The translations under genes and the position numbers were made by a program. This document shows, piece by piece, positions 38,101-51,692 of a stretch of DNA of 64,000 bases (position 1 is its first letter; each line of letters begins with the position of its first letter). Source of the stretch: Lingula anatina. Its lineage: Eukaryota > Animalia > Brachiopoda. Below the pieces are notes generated by a model. That model was given only the letters and a program-made list of their open reading frames with translations. It was not told the origin of the DNA and did not search any database. The stretch spans positions 70,162,788 through 70,226,787 of the forward strand of contig CM120640.1 in NCBI GenBank assembly GCA_051362555.1, read 5' to 3'.

Positions 38101-41100
38101 TCATCTCCCCCAGCAGGCATTCTGAAAGTGAACAAAAGAAATTATAAAATGAAAACTTGTGCTGGGATATTGTTCATTTGATTCACGCAACATCCTTTCT
38201 ATGTTCTGTTTATAATGTGCAGTATCATTCATCTGTAACTGCCATTTGCCAATTAAGTGATCTTTATAATGAAATAAAAACCAGTGTAAGATAACTGTTC
38301 TGCTTACCTGCACCTGAAATACAGTATCTGCAGCCAACCCCAGGCTAGGACCAGTGTTACCATGGCAATGGGGAGACTGTACACCAGCCAGGTGCCAAAG
38401 TTCAATGTCAAGGACTCCTCTGCGCCATATTTGGCATACAATCTGGAAAAAATATCCAACACCTCAGAATGAAACATTTGCTTGGACACAAACACAGCTG
38501 TTAAGTCAAGTATAACTTGACAGATACAAAAACCATAGTAATTACATGGTGTCCAAAATTTATCTACTGCTAAATCAGCAACAGATTCACTGAGAAATTT
38601 GCAACAGAACCAAATAAAAAAAGGTTTGAAATGTCCAAGAAGAATAACTGAATAAACAACAATGTATTAAAGGTCATTTGAATTGTCTGTAATACTCTGT
38701 TTTTGTAATTTAAACTTAATTTGCCCAAGAATAATTTCAATAATATAGAAAATACTTATTACTCTCAATATTACATTTAACCACTGTGAACTATGACCCT
38801 ATATTTACTGGCCCTGTAGCTAAAACAGAACCCCTACTTAGTGACCAGCCCCTTCATGACCAAGTTTGGGGGTGTTCCCGTGAGAGTGGCTATCCCACCA
38901 ACACTGGATGCATAGGCCACAGCCAGCAGCATACACTTGGTCATCCGCTTGTTTTGTTTCTCAAGCTCATGGTCTCTAAGAAGTGTTGAAGAGCTTCGTG
39001 TTGAAGGAAGCTGAACAGAGGAAGGTTCACTTGATGTACAGTTTACATCTTTCCTGCAATTGATATATATACATGAGACTGCAGTAAAATTAAACTAAGC
39101 AAAAATTTGTCAAATTTTGTTTTGTTGCATAATGAAAAAAAAAAAGATTTTAATAGTAAGGTAGTTAATCTTTAATAAAAATTTTCAACTCTAAAGGTTT
39201 CTAAAGGCTTGTTTATGCTAATAAAACACTCAAGTTAAAAAATTTGATGTAAGTACACACAGTTCCAGTTTGAGGCTGTCATGGCTGGTTCCTGCTGACA
39301 GCTGCTGTTCACTGCTGTCCAGACTGAGAGCAGGGTTGTCTATGCCTAAAAATATATGTGAGTAAAAGTTAACAATCAACAACAACAAACTATAACAATA
39401 GGTTGAACTAATTGCTGGCCTCCTTTGATCCTAATAGAAATGTCTTACAGTTTATAGTGAGTTTTGATATGAGTGCATGGATTGATTTATGATTTAAATT
39501 GTTCTGATATGAAATAAAATTAATTACCTGCTTGTAGCTTTGCAAGCTCATGCTCATACAACTGATCTAGAACTGCCTGTACAATGGGTATCATCATGGC
39601 AGTGGTGGCTGTGTTACTGATCCACATGGACAGGAACCAAGAAGCAAGCATAAACCCCAGCATCAACCTAAATAGTTACTTTAGTTTTTACTTTCACATT
39701 AAAATCACTTATCAATATACTTGAAATATTCTATTACTGTAATTTTACTTTCAAACTGTAATACTATTCTTAACAAATACCTTAATTCCTACATAAAACA
39801 AATGGATTACTTTGGCTAAATATTCAAATTAAAATTATATTAATTGCTTTGAAATTCTTATTTTGCATACCATCTAGGTGAAGATCCAACAAACATGAGA
39901 ACCCGTAATGCGATCCTCTTGTGCAACTGCCACGTCTCGACAGCGACAGCAAGTGTTAAACCTCCAACAAAGAGCATGCTGGTGTCCTACGATTGGTGAA
40001 CAAATATACAATAAATGTTATACAATTAATAATAATTATCATGTTTTAAGCAAAATTTTCTCATTAAAATGAATTTTCTTTGAATTATTTACTCAAATGC
40101 CAATTTTATCAATAAAAAATTCTTACATAAAACATTTAGATAGAAATGATCTTTTCTTAATGTATTAATTATACAGTATATACCTGTAAATAGTTGGCAC
40201 AGATGTCTTCTGACTGGAGGACCCCCAGCAGAGGCAATAAGATGACGGGAAGGAGAGCCGTTACTGACAGCGGAATAACTTCTGTCATCCAATATACTGC
40301 CATTAACATCATAGAATAGGCGCATTTTCCTGCTTTGGAGTGCTAGGGAATTGTTTACATAAAAGTATATTATTCATGAAATAATTTAATAAAACATTTC
40401 TTAGATATATCATTATAATAGAAAATGTTGATAATCTGGGATTATACTTCTACTGATAACAAATTAAAGTACTGAAATAATTCAATATGTAATCATGAAA
40501 AATATTCAAAATGAAAATGGATCCAAGTGCTCAGAAAATTTCTATTTTCATTTGTATCAAAGTTCAAACTGGTTAATTAAAACAAAAATGGGTTAATTGC
40601 TAACTCTTTAAAGTTGATTTGAAAATATGTAATTACAATGAACAAATCATATCATGAATAAATGTATATTAGTAAACCAGTGTGGAAGTTTTTGTCCAAA
40701 AAAATGCCCATATAATCACTGGGACAGGTTTTTTTTTTTCAAAATTAACTCTCTGCCTCATCTAAAACACAAGCTTACAGAATATCCTAACTACTCAGCA
40801 CATGTGACTTTACAAAACAAGTGTCTTGTGAAAACAAATGTAGTATCACGTACACAGACAGCTCAGGCAGTGGAGGGGACACTGCAGGTGAGACTATGCA
40901 TTTGCAGGCATAGGTAGCGTCTTAACATAACAGCAGCTAGAATCTTGTCATAATAGAAATATTCAGTGTCAGCCCAAAACACACACATACACACAAAGAT
41001 ATAAGAGTGTGTTAAGAAAATAAAGTGTACCACAAGCACATGTATGAAAGCATATTTTCAAAAGGTTTTCAAAAACTTTCTATACAGCTATTTAATTTGA

Positions 41101-41623
41101 CTGGATCTGGAGTAACAAACAAGATCTGGGTTGTACATGTATTAGTTTTTTTACAATATAACTGTTCTACGAGTACATGTTCAGCCACACTATAACCATA
41201 ACTTTTAATTCATTTTATTTCTACCATCTTTTTACTGTACATCAAGTATGGACATAAACATCTCTCGGCGGCCATTACATGACATTAATCTTGTAAAAAT
41301 GCTTTTTTTCTTTTATGGAGTTAATCCATGAGGATTAAACTGGTCACTGTTACAGGTAAACAAGCCACAAAAAACTTTTTAAATATTTTATATTTATAAA
41401 TGTCCTTGTGTACAAGTTGTTAAAAGACAATTCTACATGTAATTGACAGGTATTACAACTTCTGGTCACTTTTAAGTTAATTAAGTTAATCAAAATTAAC
41501 TTTAAAGCCTACCTCAGGATGCGTAATGGACACAGCTATGGGCACAGGAAGGAGAAGGAAAGGACTGGCCACCATTATGATGCTCTGACGGAAAGTCCAA
41601 CACTGGTTACAACGGCCCATCAT
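35149..41623 (-). CDS. SLC13-family transporter, paralog 2 (multi-exon)
   Basis: Start [28 protein letters not shown]. Exons carry [63 protein letters not shown] and [21 protein letters not shown]. Last exon is 35149-~35350. Confidence 0.92.
36385..36930 (-). repeat. 42-bp minisatellite made of exon 3' end plus 5' splice donor (~13 units)
   Basis: Unit on the transcribed strand: TAGGTGGGGGGTTTGCCCTGGCTGATGCTGCCAAG|GTAATGT, which encodes [12 protein letters not shown]|VM. Confidence 0.92.
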
Positions 41624-42556
41624 GAAAACAACGGTCAAAGCGAACTGTCCTCAGGTATGGCTGATTTGTCTTCACTAGAATACATGCTGATGAGGGACAG
41701 TCTTACTAAGGTATTACCTAGCTGTTGCATTGGCACACATGACTTTGTGTTAAGTGTCTTAACCTTAACCTTGTGTTCTCTCCACACTTTATTTACATAC
41801 ACATTAATATGAATGGTTTCCTTAAGGCACTCATCCGTGAAATACTACCTGACAGAGGGGGCAGTGAACTAAATACACCTGTGTAAAAGGTATATTGTAT
41901 GCATTTGAAAATGTCCCTTTATAATCATATTTTTGTTAAAATGTCTTCCAAAAATTTTATTATTTTCCAATTCAGACTTTGAAAATGATAAAAAAAACCC
42001 GCCAAGTTATGGCACCTGATAATGATGTTTAGCTCTGAAATGTCAGGAAAACACGGCATTCTACTGGTAAATGACTCAGGAATCACTGAGAAATAAATCA
42101 TTTTATTAAAAACAAAACAAAACAAAACATGCAACCTGCAGGGACAGGTCGATCAATTACTCATAAGGATGAAAGTTGCTTTTTTCTTGAGAAGAAAAAT
42201 CCCAGATTGGATACTTTTGACTTGCCTTTTTTAGATATTACCAGTAAGGATTCATAGAATAATCAATGTAACTGCATGAATACTAAATGTTTGTCAATAA
42301 CACATTCATGAAATCAACATAAACAGCTACTGGTACAATTTATACTCATCCATTTTTGACAGAATTTACAAATTTAACACTATACCTGGGTAACATTATA
42401 GCAAATGTTCCACTGAAATGAACACTTTTATAAAGATAAGAATTGCATATTTGTGATTCATTAACCTTTATAATAAAGATATGGTAGATACTAGTATATA
42501 TAGTCAACACTGTACTTTGGTAAATAACCTCTAGCATGCCTTAAACTTAATGTTGA

Positions 42557-42557
<1 letters not shown>

Positions 42558-42625
<68 letters not shown>
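42558..42625. repeat. (AAT)n microsatellite
   Basis: Direct observation; a shorter one lies at ~30296-30335. Confidence 0.95.
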
Positions 42626-42626
<1 letters not shown>

Positions 42627-43614
42627 TTGTTTATTGAGCACTAAATGCATGTGTACATGGTTTGACATTTGCTGGCTCACTAATCTACAAAGAGTAGTAT
42701 ATATACATGTATACAATGAGGATAATAATGAATAATAATATGTTGTTTGTCTTCCTTCAAGTAACATAATAAGAATTATTCTCAAAAACTAAAAAATCAA
42801 GAAAGATAACAAACACTGCATAAGGGAAAGCATTTTTAAAATTCAAATCATATTCCTTAATTTTATAAGTCTTTACATAAGTCTCATCATTTGAAAAAAA
42901 AATAATACCATGGTTTACTGGGAACCATACAGGGCCTTAACTTGTGTTGCAATTGACTTCATAAAATAAAGACAAAAATGTGTGCAAAGCAGCAGAGGAG
43001 GTGTGTATGTATTGGCAACAAAGAAAGCTATTCTATGAATCTTTACAACATAAACTTTTCTTTCAATATAACTAAATATCTTTGAAAAAATTCATATTAA
43101 AAGTTTTCCTGTAAAAAGAATATATACTATGTTGTGTCCTGAGACCAGAAATTAAACCCTGACTACATTTTAAAGAAGTGTTTAAACTGCACGTGGTATG
43201 TTATCAATAATCTTTGTGCATTTACTATTTCGATGATCTACCAGTATTTATCTACAATAAGCTTCCATCATTTTAACAGTTTCTAAACAAGATGAAATAA
43301 TGTAGATTCCCCACATGTGGATGACCTGAACCCTGATAATATGAACAAGATAAATATGACCTCAACTTGTTTGAAAATCTCACTGGAGATTCTGGAAGCA
43401 AATTCCTTATTGCTCATTAGTGCATGTATTTAACACACAATGTTTAACTATGAAGAAACACATTGCTGTGGTAGAAAGTCCTTTATACCACATACAACAT
43501 ATGTCTCCTGTTTACTGAATGAGAGAAAAGCTAGTACATCCATTGATGTAAAATGTATCTACACATTGGTACAGGTAATGTTTGAGGTCTTGGATGACTC
43601 CAGTCAGTATTGTC

Positions 43615-46600
43615 TTATAAGCCAGTACAGTTCAGAGATAGTGTGGTATTGATAATTGGCATTGGTGTGGTGTCATTTCTCAGCTGAGGTAGCTGATCCA
43701 GTTTAAAGAAAGCCATTCCCCACGTGTTGGCTGCAAGGGTCACAATGCCCAGACACATTATATTCATACCTATGCCAGTTAATGCCTGAAACAACAAATT
43801 CCACATTTTTAAATTTAAAATTTCAGAATTAAGTCTACAAAGATACTATAGTTTTTAATGACAAAGTAATCAATAGCTAATAGTTACAACTGGCTGAAGG
43901 TATTTTTTTATTCTGTAAATGATTCTTTAAGAATATGAAAATATACATATAAAAACAATTTTTAATATATAGAAATCACTATTATTCAACATGTATAATA
44001 TTCAGAGAATAAGAAATTGAGAGAGATGCATTATAACATCTCTGTGAAACCACAAAAAATTCTTCGCCTTGAACACTCTGGTAAAGTGGATAATAGTCTT
44101 ACCATGTCTTTCAACTGGAGATGCCCATAGGCAAACACAATGGCATTGGGGGCGTGGCCACAGGTAACATGAAGGCAAAGGAGGTGATCTTACCATGTCT
44201 TTCACCTGGAGATGCCCATAGGCAAACACAATGGCATTGGGGGGCGTGGCCACAGGTAACATGAAGCCAAAGGAGGTGGTCTTACCATGTCTTTCACCTG
44301 GAGATGCCCATAGGCAAACACAATGGCATTGGGGGCATGGCCACAGGTAACATGAAGCCAAAGGAGGTGGTCTTACCATGTCTTTCACCTGGAGATGCCC
44401 ATAGGCAAACACAATGGCATTGGGGGGCGTGGCCACAGGTAACATGAAGGCAAAGGAGGTGGTCTTACCATGTCTTTCACCTGGAGATGCCCATAGGCAA
44501 ACACAATGGCATTGGGGGGCGTGGCCACAGGTAACATGAAGGCAAAGGAGGTAGCCAGTGAGGCTGGGAAGATTAGGTACAAGGGGTGAACTCCTATAGC
44601 AATGGCCTGGATATAAAACAAGAATGTAAGAGATACTATAAAATATTAATTGATTATATGCTTGTATTAAAGATAATTAATTATCACTGATTTATCAGTT
44701 ATTTCCATTTGTAGCCCATTGCTAATGACTTGAAAAATAATGAAAATGTCTACTACATAATACAGTATATCCTTTTAGTTGAAACATATACCAAACAATA
44801 TGTAATGAAACATAATATCATTTATAACACATTTCACCCAACCTAAAATAATGATACTGGAAAAAATCGCCATATGCATCATTGTTCAGAGAGTTTGTTC
44901 TATAAGTGTGTAAGGAAGTAGAATTTTTTCTGATATATGACAGGACAAAAAAGTAGATATATTTAATTTAGCAACCTCAATTCTCAAGTTTCATTTATAG
45001 TATATGCTTGTATTCTTACCAACTCTCCAATGATTGGAATAGTAAGTGTTGCCGTGGCAACATTACTGGTGACCTCTGTTGCCGCAGCAACCACTGTGCA
45101 AATAATGAGCACCAAAAGTATGGGATGGATGCCTTTCAGCACAGTCAAAGTGTCTCCTATCAGTGAAGACAGACCTGACACCTGCAATGGAGGAACAGCA
45201 ATGGACGCAAAATTAAAACAATAATAACAAATAATATAAGCCTCCTGTATCTTTACTGCACAACTGATCCTTATTTTAAAATTAAAGTAAATTGCAAGAA
45301 TGTTTGTTCAAAAAGCAAATTTTGGAAAGCATGTAATATTCTAACCATGCATTATCTAAATAAAATTATATGAACAATGTACCCCTTACTATGGCCAAAA
45401 AAAGAGCTATTTATTATATATTCATAGATATTTCTCTGATAAATTTTGTGCAATTCTTGTCCAGCAAAAAACTTGGCAAATTGATGAATCAGATGTATAT
45501 ACACAATGTACCTTAGCAGCATCTGCCAGAGCAAAACCTCCACCTAGCAGAAGAACTACACTCCACGGCAACTTCTCATGTACTGCAGGCCACGTGAGTA
45601 TAGGGGGCGCTGGTGCAGGGTCAGATAGGTCTTGAAAATAAAAATGTCTGAATTACTTATGACTTTGTTTAACAAACTGATATTGGTCAGAAATCATGAT
45701 CCATAAAATAAGCACTTTTATGGTATTTTGTGGCCACCCCAGATTTTTCAAAACTTTTTAGATTGATTTTTGTCTTAGATTTTTATTAGGGGTTTTAAGA
45801 ATAAAAATACCACCAAGAAAAAAATAGTACCAGCATCCAGTAATGCAAGCAAAATCACTTGAGCTCAGTAAACTCACTCAAACAGGTAATGGCCACAGTG
45901 AGGAGGAAGGACCTTTTAAGTATAAAATTTACTGCCTATGACCAAATATATGTAACAAAAATGTAGGCTGTCAATTAAAATGTACGCAAGACTTGATATT
46001 ATATCCTAAAAACTGTACCATCTTTGGTATATAAAGTTGGCTTCCTACTGGGCATCGCAAACAGTAAGACAGCAATAGCTATGGCAGGAGTTGAGCCAGA
46101 CACATAGCTGGAATTCATATACATACAGTTACTGCACAATGTTTAAAATAACTCTTAAGCACCACTTCTATCTGATCTTTCAGAATATTTCAATTGGGCA
46201 AATAAAATTAAAAATGGTGATATAAATATGAAAAGTACTTTATGACAAAATGAAACTGACAAAGCAATACCAAATTTCAGGATGAGACTTTAACACACAA
46301 AAACAATGTCATATTTGGGACAAAAAAATGACTGAGAACTAAAAACATACCCTTCTGTGAACAAATCCCCCCATCCTTTCATAAACCCTGGCTGCCTCAG
46401 GAGCCACAGGAGAGCCAGGAGGGAGAAGTGAACCAGAACCACCACTTCTGGAAACCTGGAGGGAGAAGACATGTTTAATTTTTTTTGTCATAAATCAATG
46501 ATGACTTAAAATTAATGTAATCGTGTCTTTTTGAGTCTGAGGACAAAAGGTGCAAATATTATCTAAAATATCTTTTGTAAATTATTGGTAAATGTTTCTG

Positions 46601-49244
46601 ACAAAAATAAATTCAGCAAGATTTCTCACATTCAGTAGGCAGCAAATAAATACAATCACATACAAAAAATAAAAAAATAAAAAAGAAAATAAATACTGGT
46701 AATTAAATACAATTAATATAAAAAGCAGAAAATTTAAAAAGAAACATACGATATTGGTCCAAGTTTGGCATATTCCCGCCGGATGATACTTTTCACCCTT
46801 ACCCTATCTTCTAGACCTGCTGGCCTACAATAACGATACCAGTCTTATCTACAACTTTCAATTGCTCAAATGTATGTCAATTGTATGAGTATATCAAATA
46901 CTATTTCATCTATATCTATACTTTAACACAAGAAAAGTAATTCCTTTCTATTAGAAACAAGTAAAAAAGAACTCACAGTAAAAAGTGGAAAATTTTCAGG
47001 TAACTTTCAGGTTAGAGCTGAGTGATTAGAGTTAATTTACTTGCAACATCCCAGGAACATAAGTTGTAGCCAACACCAGGCCAGTAGCAGACCCAGCACT
47101 GAGGCAGGGAAACTAAACACTATCCAAGAGCTAAAGTTTACACCTGGAACACCTGGCTGTTCTTCATACCTTGTAAACAATCTGGTTAAGAAAACAGCAA
47201 ATTATCTGAATGTCCTTTGGCAATAGGAAAGGAAATTGCAGGTTTGGCAAAATTATTACAAAAGAAATGAACAATTTTAAAGAGAATTGGAAAAACCAGA
47301 AAGCTGACAATTTCAAAGGGAGAAGAAATGGCAGGTTTATTTTAAAAAATGAAGTTTTGGAGAGACTGAGAAAAAAATGTGTTTATTGCAATATGTAGTG
47401 TGTGTATATATATAATTTTATTTAGTTTTGGGTAAACTACTTATTGAATTTATAAATCGACACAGCTTTGATAAAAAAAAATATTCACTTTTAGGACAAT
47501 CCTTCACTGGGGTTGTCTGAAAACTTACATGTCCACTTGTCCCTTCATGACTAGGTTTGTTCCTGTCCCAGTGAGTGTGGCAATACCCCCCATGGTGGCA
47601 GAGTAACACACGCACAGACACAGACATTTACACAGTTTCTTGTATGCTGCCTCTACTTCAGGGTCCTGCTTTCTGTCCTCTGAACCATCAGCGGTGAATA
47701 CTTCGACCTCCCTATCTCTGTTTAAAGCAAAAGTTTTTAGTGATCGATGCATGTGCCAGTTGAATCTTTAACCTTTAGTGTTAACACCATAACTCAATCT
47801 CTTTGTAAAATATTTATCATTTCATCAATCTCTTTATACAAATTATGTAAATGAATCCATGAACTAATACTGCTAAAACAATGTCATACACTTTAAATAA
47901 AGCCTTCTACTGGTTAAGTATGTGACAATACATTCAAGTCTCAAAGTCTGCTGAGAGAAAGAAAAAGAGAAAGAATTAAAGAGAAAGAATGAGCTGGTTG
48001 AGAGAGTGACACTCCATTTGTCAACAAGAGAATACAGATAAAGATTACACATTGCACCAATTAATCCAGTATCTGTATGGTGTTTTAGAAAGATATGCAA
48101 ATTAAGATACACTTTCTTTCCAGTCTTTTCTTCTACAACATCATCTTTATCCATGGCAGAGTTACTGCTGCTACCATTTTCCTCTGCAATTTCTATTCTT
48201 CCATAGGAATGTTCTTTCAGTTGATCTAGAACTGCCTGTACAATGGGCACCATCATGGCAGTGGTGGCTGTGTTACTGAGCCACATGGACATGAACCAAG
48301 TTGGAAGCATAAAACCCAACATCAACCTATATTGAAAATAAACATTAAAGAAAAATTATGTAAAGACCTTATATATAACTTAAAATTTATGGATAAATAT
48401 TTCATGGATAAAAAAATTAAGGCACTGAAAACTTGCTTACCATCTTGGTGAAGTTCCCACCATCATCAACACTCGAAGAGCAATTCTTTTGTGGAGTTTC
48501 CATTTTTCAACTGCTATTGCAACTATAACACCTCCAACAAATAACATGATGGTGTCCTAGTGTGATATAATGTGACATTATTATCAAAATGTGTCCAAAA
48601 ATAGTATGCATGACACAATATTGGCATAAATCTATGTTGGTTGTCAAAGTTTGTCATTCCTGAACCAGTAAAATCCCAGAAAAATTCACACAGCATCCAC
48701 CAGAGAATCCAGAGTATATACATTTATGTAGTACCTTGTTCTTTTTGGGTTTTTTTGCTGCAAACTCTATTCCACGACACATACCTTTGAATAATTTTTG
48801 CAGAGTGGCTCAGACTTCATCACACCTAGCAATGGCATCAGGATCACTGGGAGAAGAGCAGTGACAGCCAATGGGATCACTTCTGTCACCCAGTACACCG
48901 CCATTATCAGCAACGCATATGCACAGTTGGCTTCACGCCAACGCTTTGTAAATAAGGATTTACAGAAAAAAGATTGAAAAAACAGGAAATTTATCTTTTA
49001 TAAGATATATTACTTAAAGAAATATACTGTAGGAGACACAAGAACAATTGTAATGAAAAAGATGGCATGAATAAAAAATCATTTTGTGTTCTGAGTTGAA
49101 ACAGACATCCTCCTAAAATAATCATACCTCTGGATATTGTATGGCTACCACAATGGGAAGTGGTAGGAGCATGATTGGAGTGAGGAACAGGAACAAAGAA
49201 CTACGGAACCACCATAGCTGCTTGAAAAAGTTTGGACAAGACAT
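43615..49244 (-). CDS. SLC13-family transporter, paralog 3 (multi-exon)
   Basis: Start [30 protein letters not shown] at 49244. Exons carry [68 protein letters not shown] and [20 protein letters not shown]. Confidence 0.92.
44095..44552 (-). repeat. ~92-bp tandem repeat made of exon 3' end plus 5' splice donor (5 donors)
   Basis: CTTACCATGTCTTTCA recurs at ~44098, 44189, 44281, 44372 and 44464; each unit carries [27 protein letters not shown]|GTAAGA. Confidence 0.92.
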
Positions 49245-51692
49245 TCTGAAGTTTTCTGCAGATACCAAAGTGAAAGAAGGAGCTGTCTGTCTATTGTTTC
49301 CTCTCCTAGACTATTCTTGTCATGTCCTTGTTTATCATTTATCCAGAAAAGTCTCAGTGGTCAGGAGCTCATTAAACAGTTCTTCAAATGCTGGCAAAAA
49401 TATTGTTAATCCCAGCATGCAGTGTGACAGCCAGTCTAAAATAAGTGAAATCAAAATTTTAAAAAAGTTTTTAAACATAAACCTGAACTCTTCCTCATGA
49501 GCAGCTTATATTACTGCATTGCACAAAATTCTGTCCATTCAATGCTAATTCACGACAAATGCATCTACACATAAGTAAGAACATGACTTTGCATTAATAA
49601 TGGACAAGATCACTGGAGTAGATAACATTCCAAAAATCCTCACATCCAAGTGAAACTGCAAAACAGTATAACAACTGACAAGTGTCCTGAATGACCCACT
49701 TTAACTCCATAGAGCCCATTTATAATCATACAGTGACTAAAAAATAATTTGCTAGTTTTGATGATTATGTGACTTGATATGTTGTAAATGGGAGTTGTCA
49801 TATTCTAGCTGTGGTTTCGATGTGAGCTAGAAACCTTCCCTGGACCCAATTAATGTGCACTGGTACCTAAGTTTTTTGGTCCAAAATCTTTGTTTGCAAA
49901 CATATAGGACATATTTGAAGTTGTCTGGATGATAGTTGCTCTCCACCCAGAAAATTATATTGCTGCTTATTATCAGGGCTTACATAAACACTCGTCAACT
50001 TGCTGTTTATATGCTACAAATTATCAAGAAGGAATTTTATGTTCTTGAAAATGTTCCCTAAATTTGCTGCAAATTTGCAAGAATATAAAATTACTCCATT
50101 ACCTGATAAAACTGTAGGTTTCTTTCAAAAATACTGATAACTAATCTCATTTTTTGACATTCACCATCATCTTTAACATTGGCAAAGTGTTTTTTAAACA
50201 TTATTGATAAATATATCAGAAAATTTTTCCTCTATTAAAATCTTCTTCAAGACACCAGTCAGATCAAAATGACATTAATCCCATCACCACACATACACCT
50301 GACAAACTTAACCAGACAAAATGCTTTACACACCAGTTATCTGCACACTTCTATTTCCCACTTTTGAGTATATATATGTACCTGTAAGTTCAAAGTCAAT
50401 CTGACTGTATTCATTAATGTATACACTATGAAACAAACAAAAAATACATGTATTTTTTAATCATATATGCAAATCTGCTGGCCATTTGCTTTGGTTTATA
50501 TTAAGAATTACCTACCTAATTAACCACTTACCTGTTTGGACTTCTTATCATCAAGGACTTTAAAGCTGCCCAGGAAGTGATGAAGTGCTAGGTCATGAAA
50601 CTGTCTCCATTGTATGTCATACTAAGACAGCACCTTACCTGTGGGGCATTAGGTCAACTCCTGCTGTTTTTTCTCCTAACAGTCCATTATCTTTATATAA
50701 AATGGAACTGATTCAATATTTTTCTACCCCTGCAAGACCTTGATGTCTATTTGAACATTTAAAAAAATAATTGGTCATTCTAATGAAAAGTATCTAAGAT
50801 ATCTACATGTATATTGCACTGTCTATTTGCTCCGTTTTGCTATTATTGCCATTTTAATCAAAACAAATGTTGAATCAAAGCTATTTTATGTTAAAACCTG
50901 ATGCCCATGAGTGACCTGCTCTCTGAAAATCCAACAAGTTTTATGCCTTCTTCATCCCTCCACACAACACACAAGCATACTAATGACAAAGCAAACCCTG
51001 GATAAAGAATGTGTGAATGTTTTTATTTAAAACTAAGTCAATTGATCTGTTTTACAAGACAGATATATGACTGCCATCTTCTCTAAATTAAAAAAGATGT
51101 ACAAATAAGCTTCTGTGATTGACTAAACTTCAGATAGGATTAATTCTTCACCAATATGGATCTTTACAACATGAAGTTTTTCTTCAGTATAACAAAATAT
51201 CTTTAAAAAACAGATTAGATTAAATATTTTCCCCTGTAAAGAATAAACATTTATATGTCCTTTAAGACCACAAATTAAATCCTGACTAGATTTGTAAGAA
51301 AGTGTTTTAACTGCACATGGTGTGTTACTAATTACCCGTGTACATTTAGTAAAGGAGTGATCTATTTATCTACAATAAGCATACCTAATTTCAAACAGTT
51401 TTCTAACATGAAGAGATAACCCAGACCCCAATAATAATAAACAAGATGAAATATGACCACAACTTGTTTGACAATCACAGCAAAGAGTATGGAAGCAATT
51501 CCCTTATAATGATTAATAATTACTTTACAGATGTAATTTTTTATAAAATTTGAATAAACACAGTTCTACATCAAGGTATAAAATGTCTCCTGCCTATAGC
51601 TACTGAATGAGAAAAAAAGTCATTTGCTGATGCCAAACATATGTACATATAAGCAGTTTTTGAGTTCTTGGCCGACTCCAGTCAGTGTTGCC

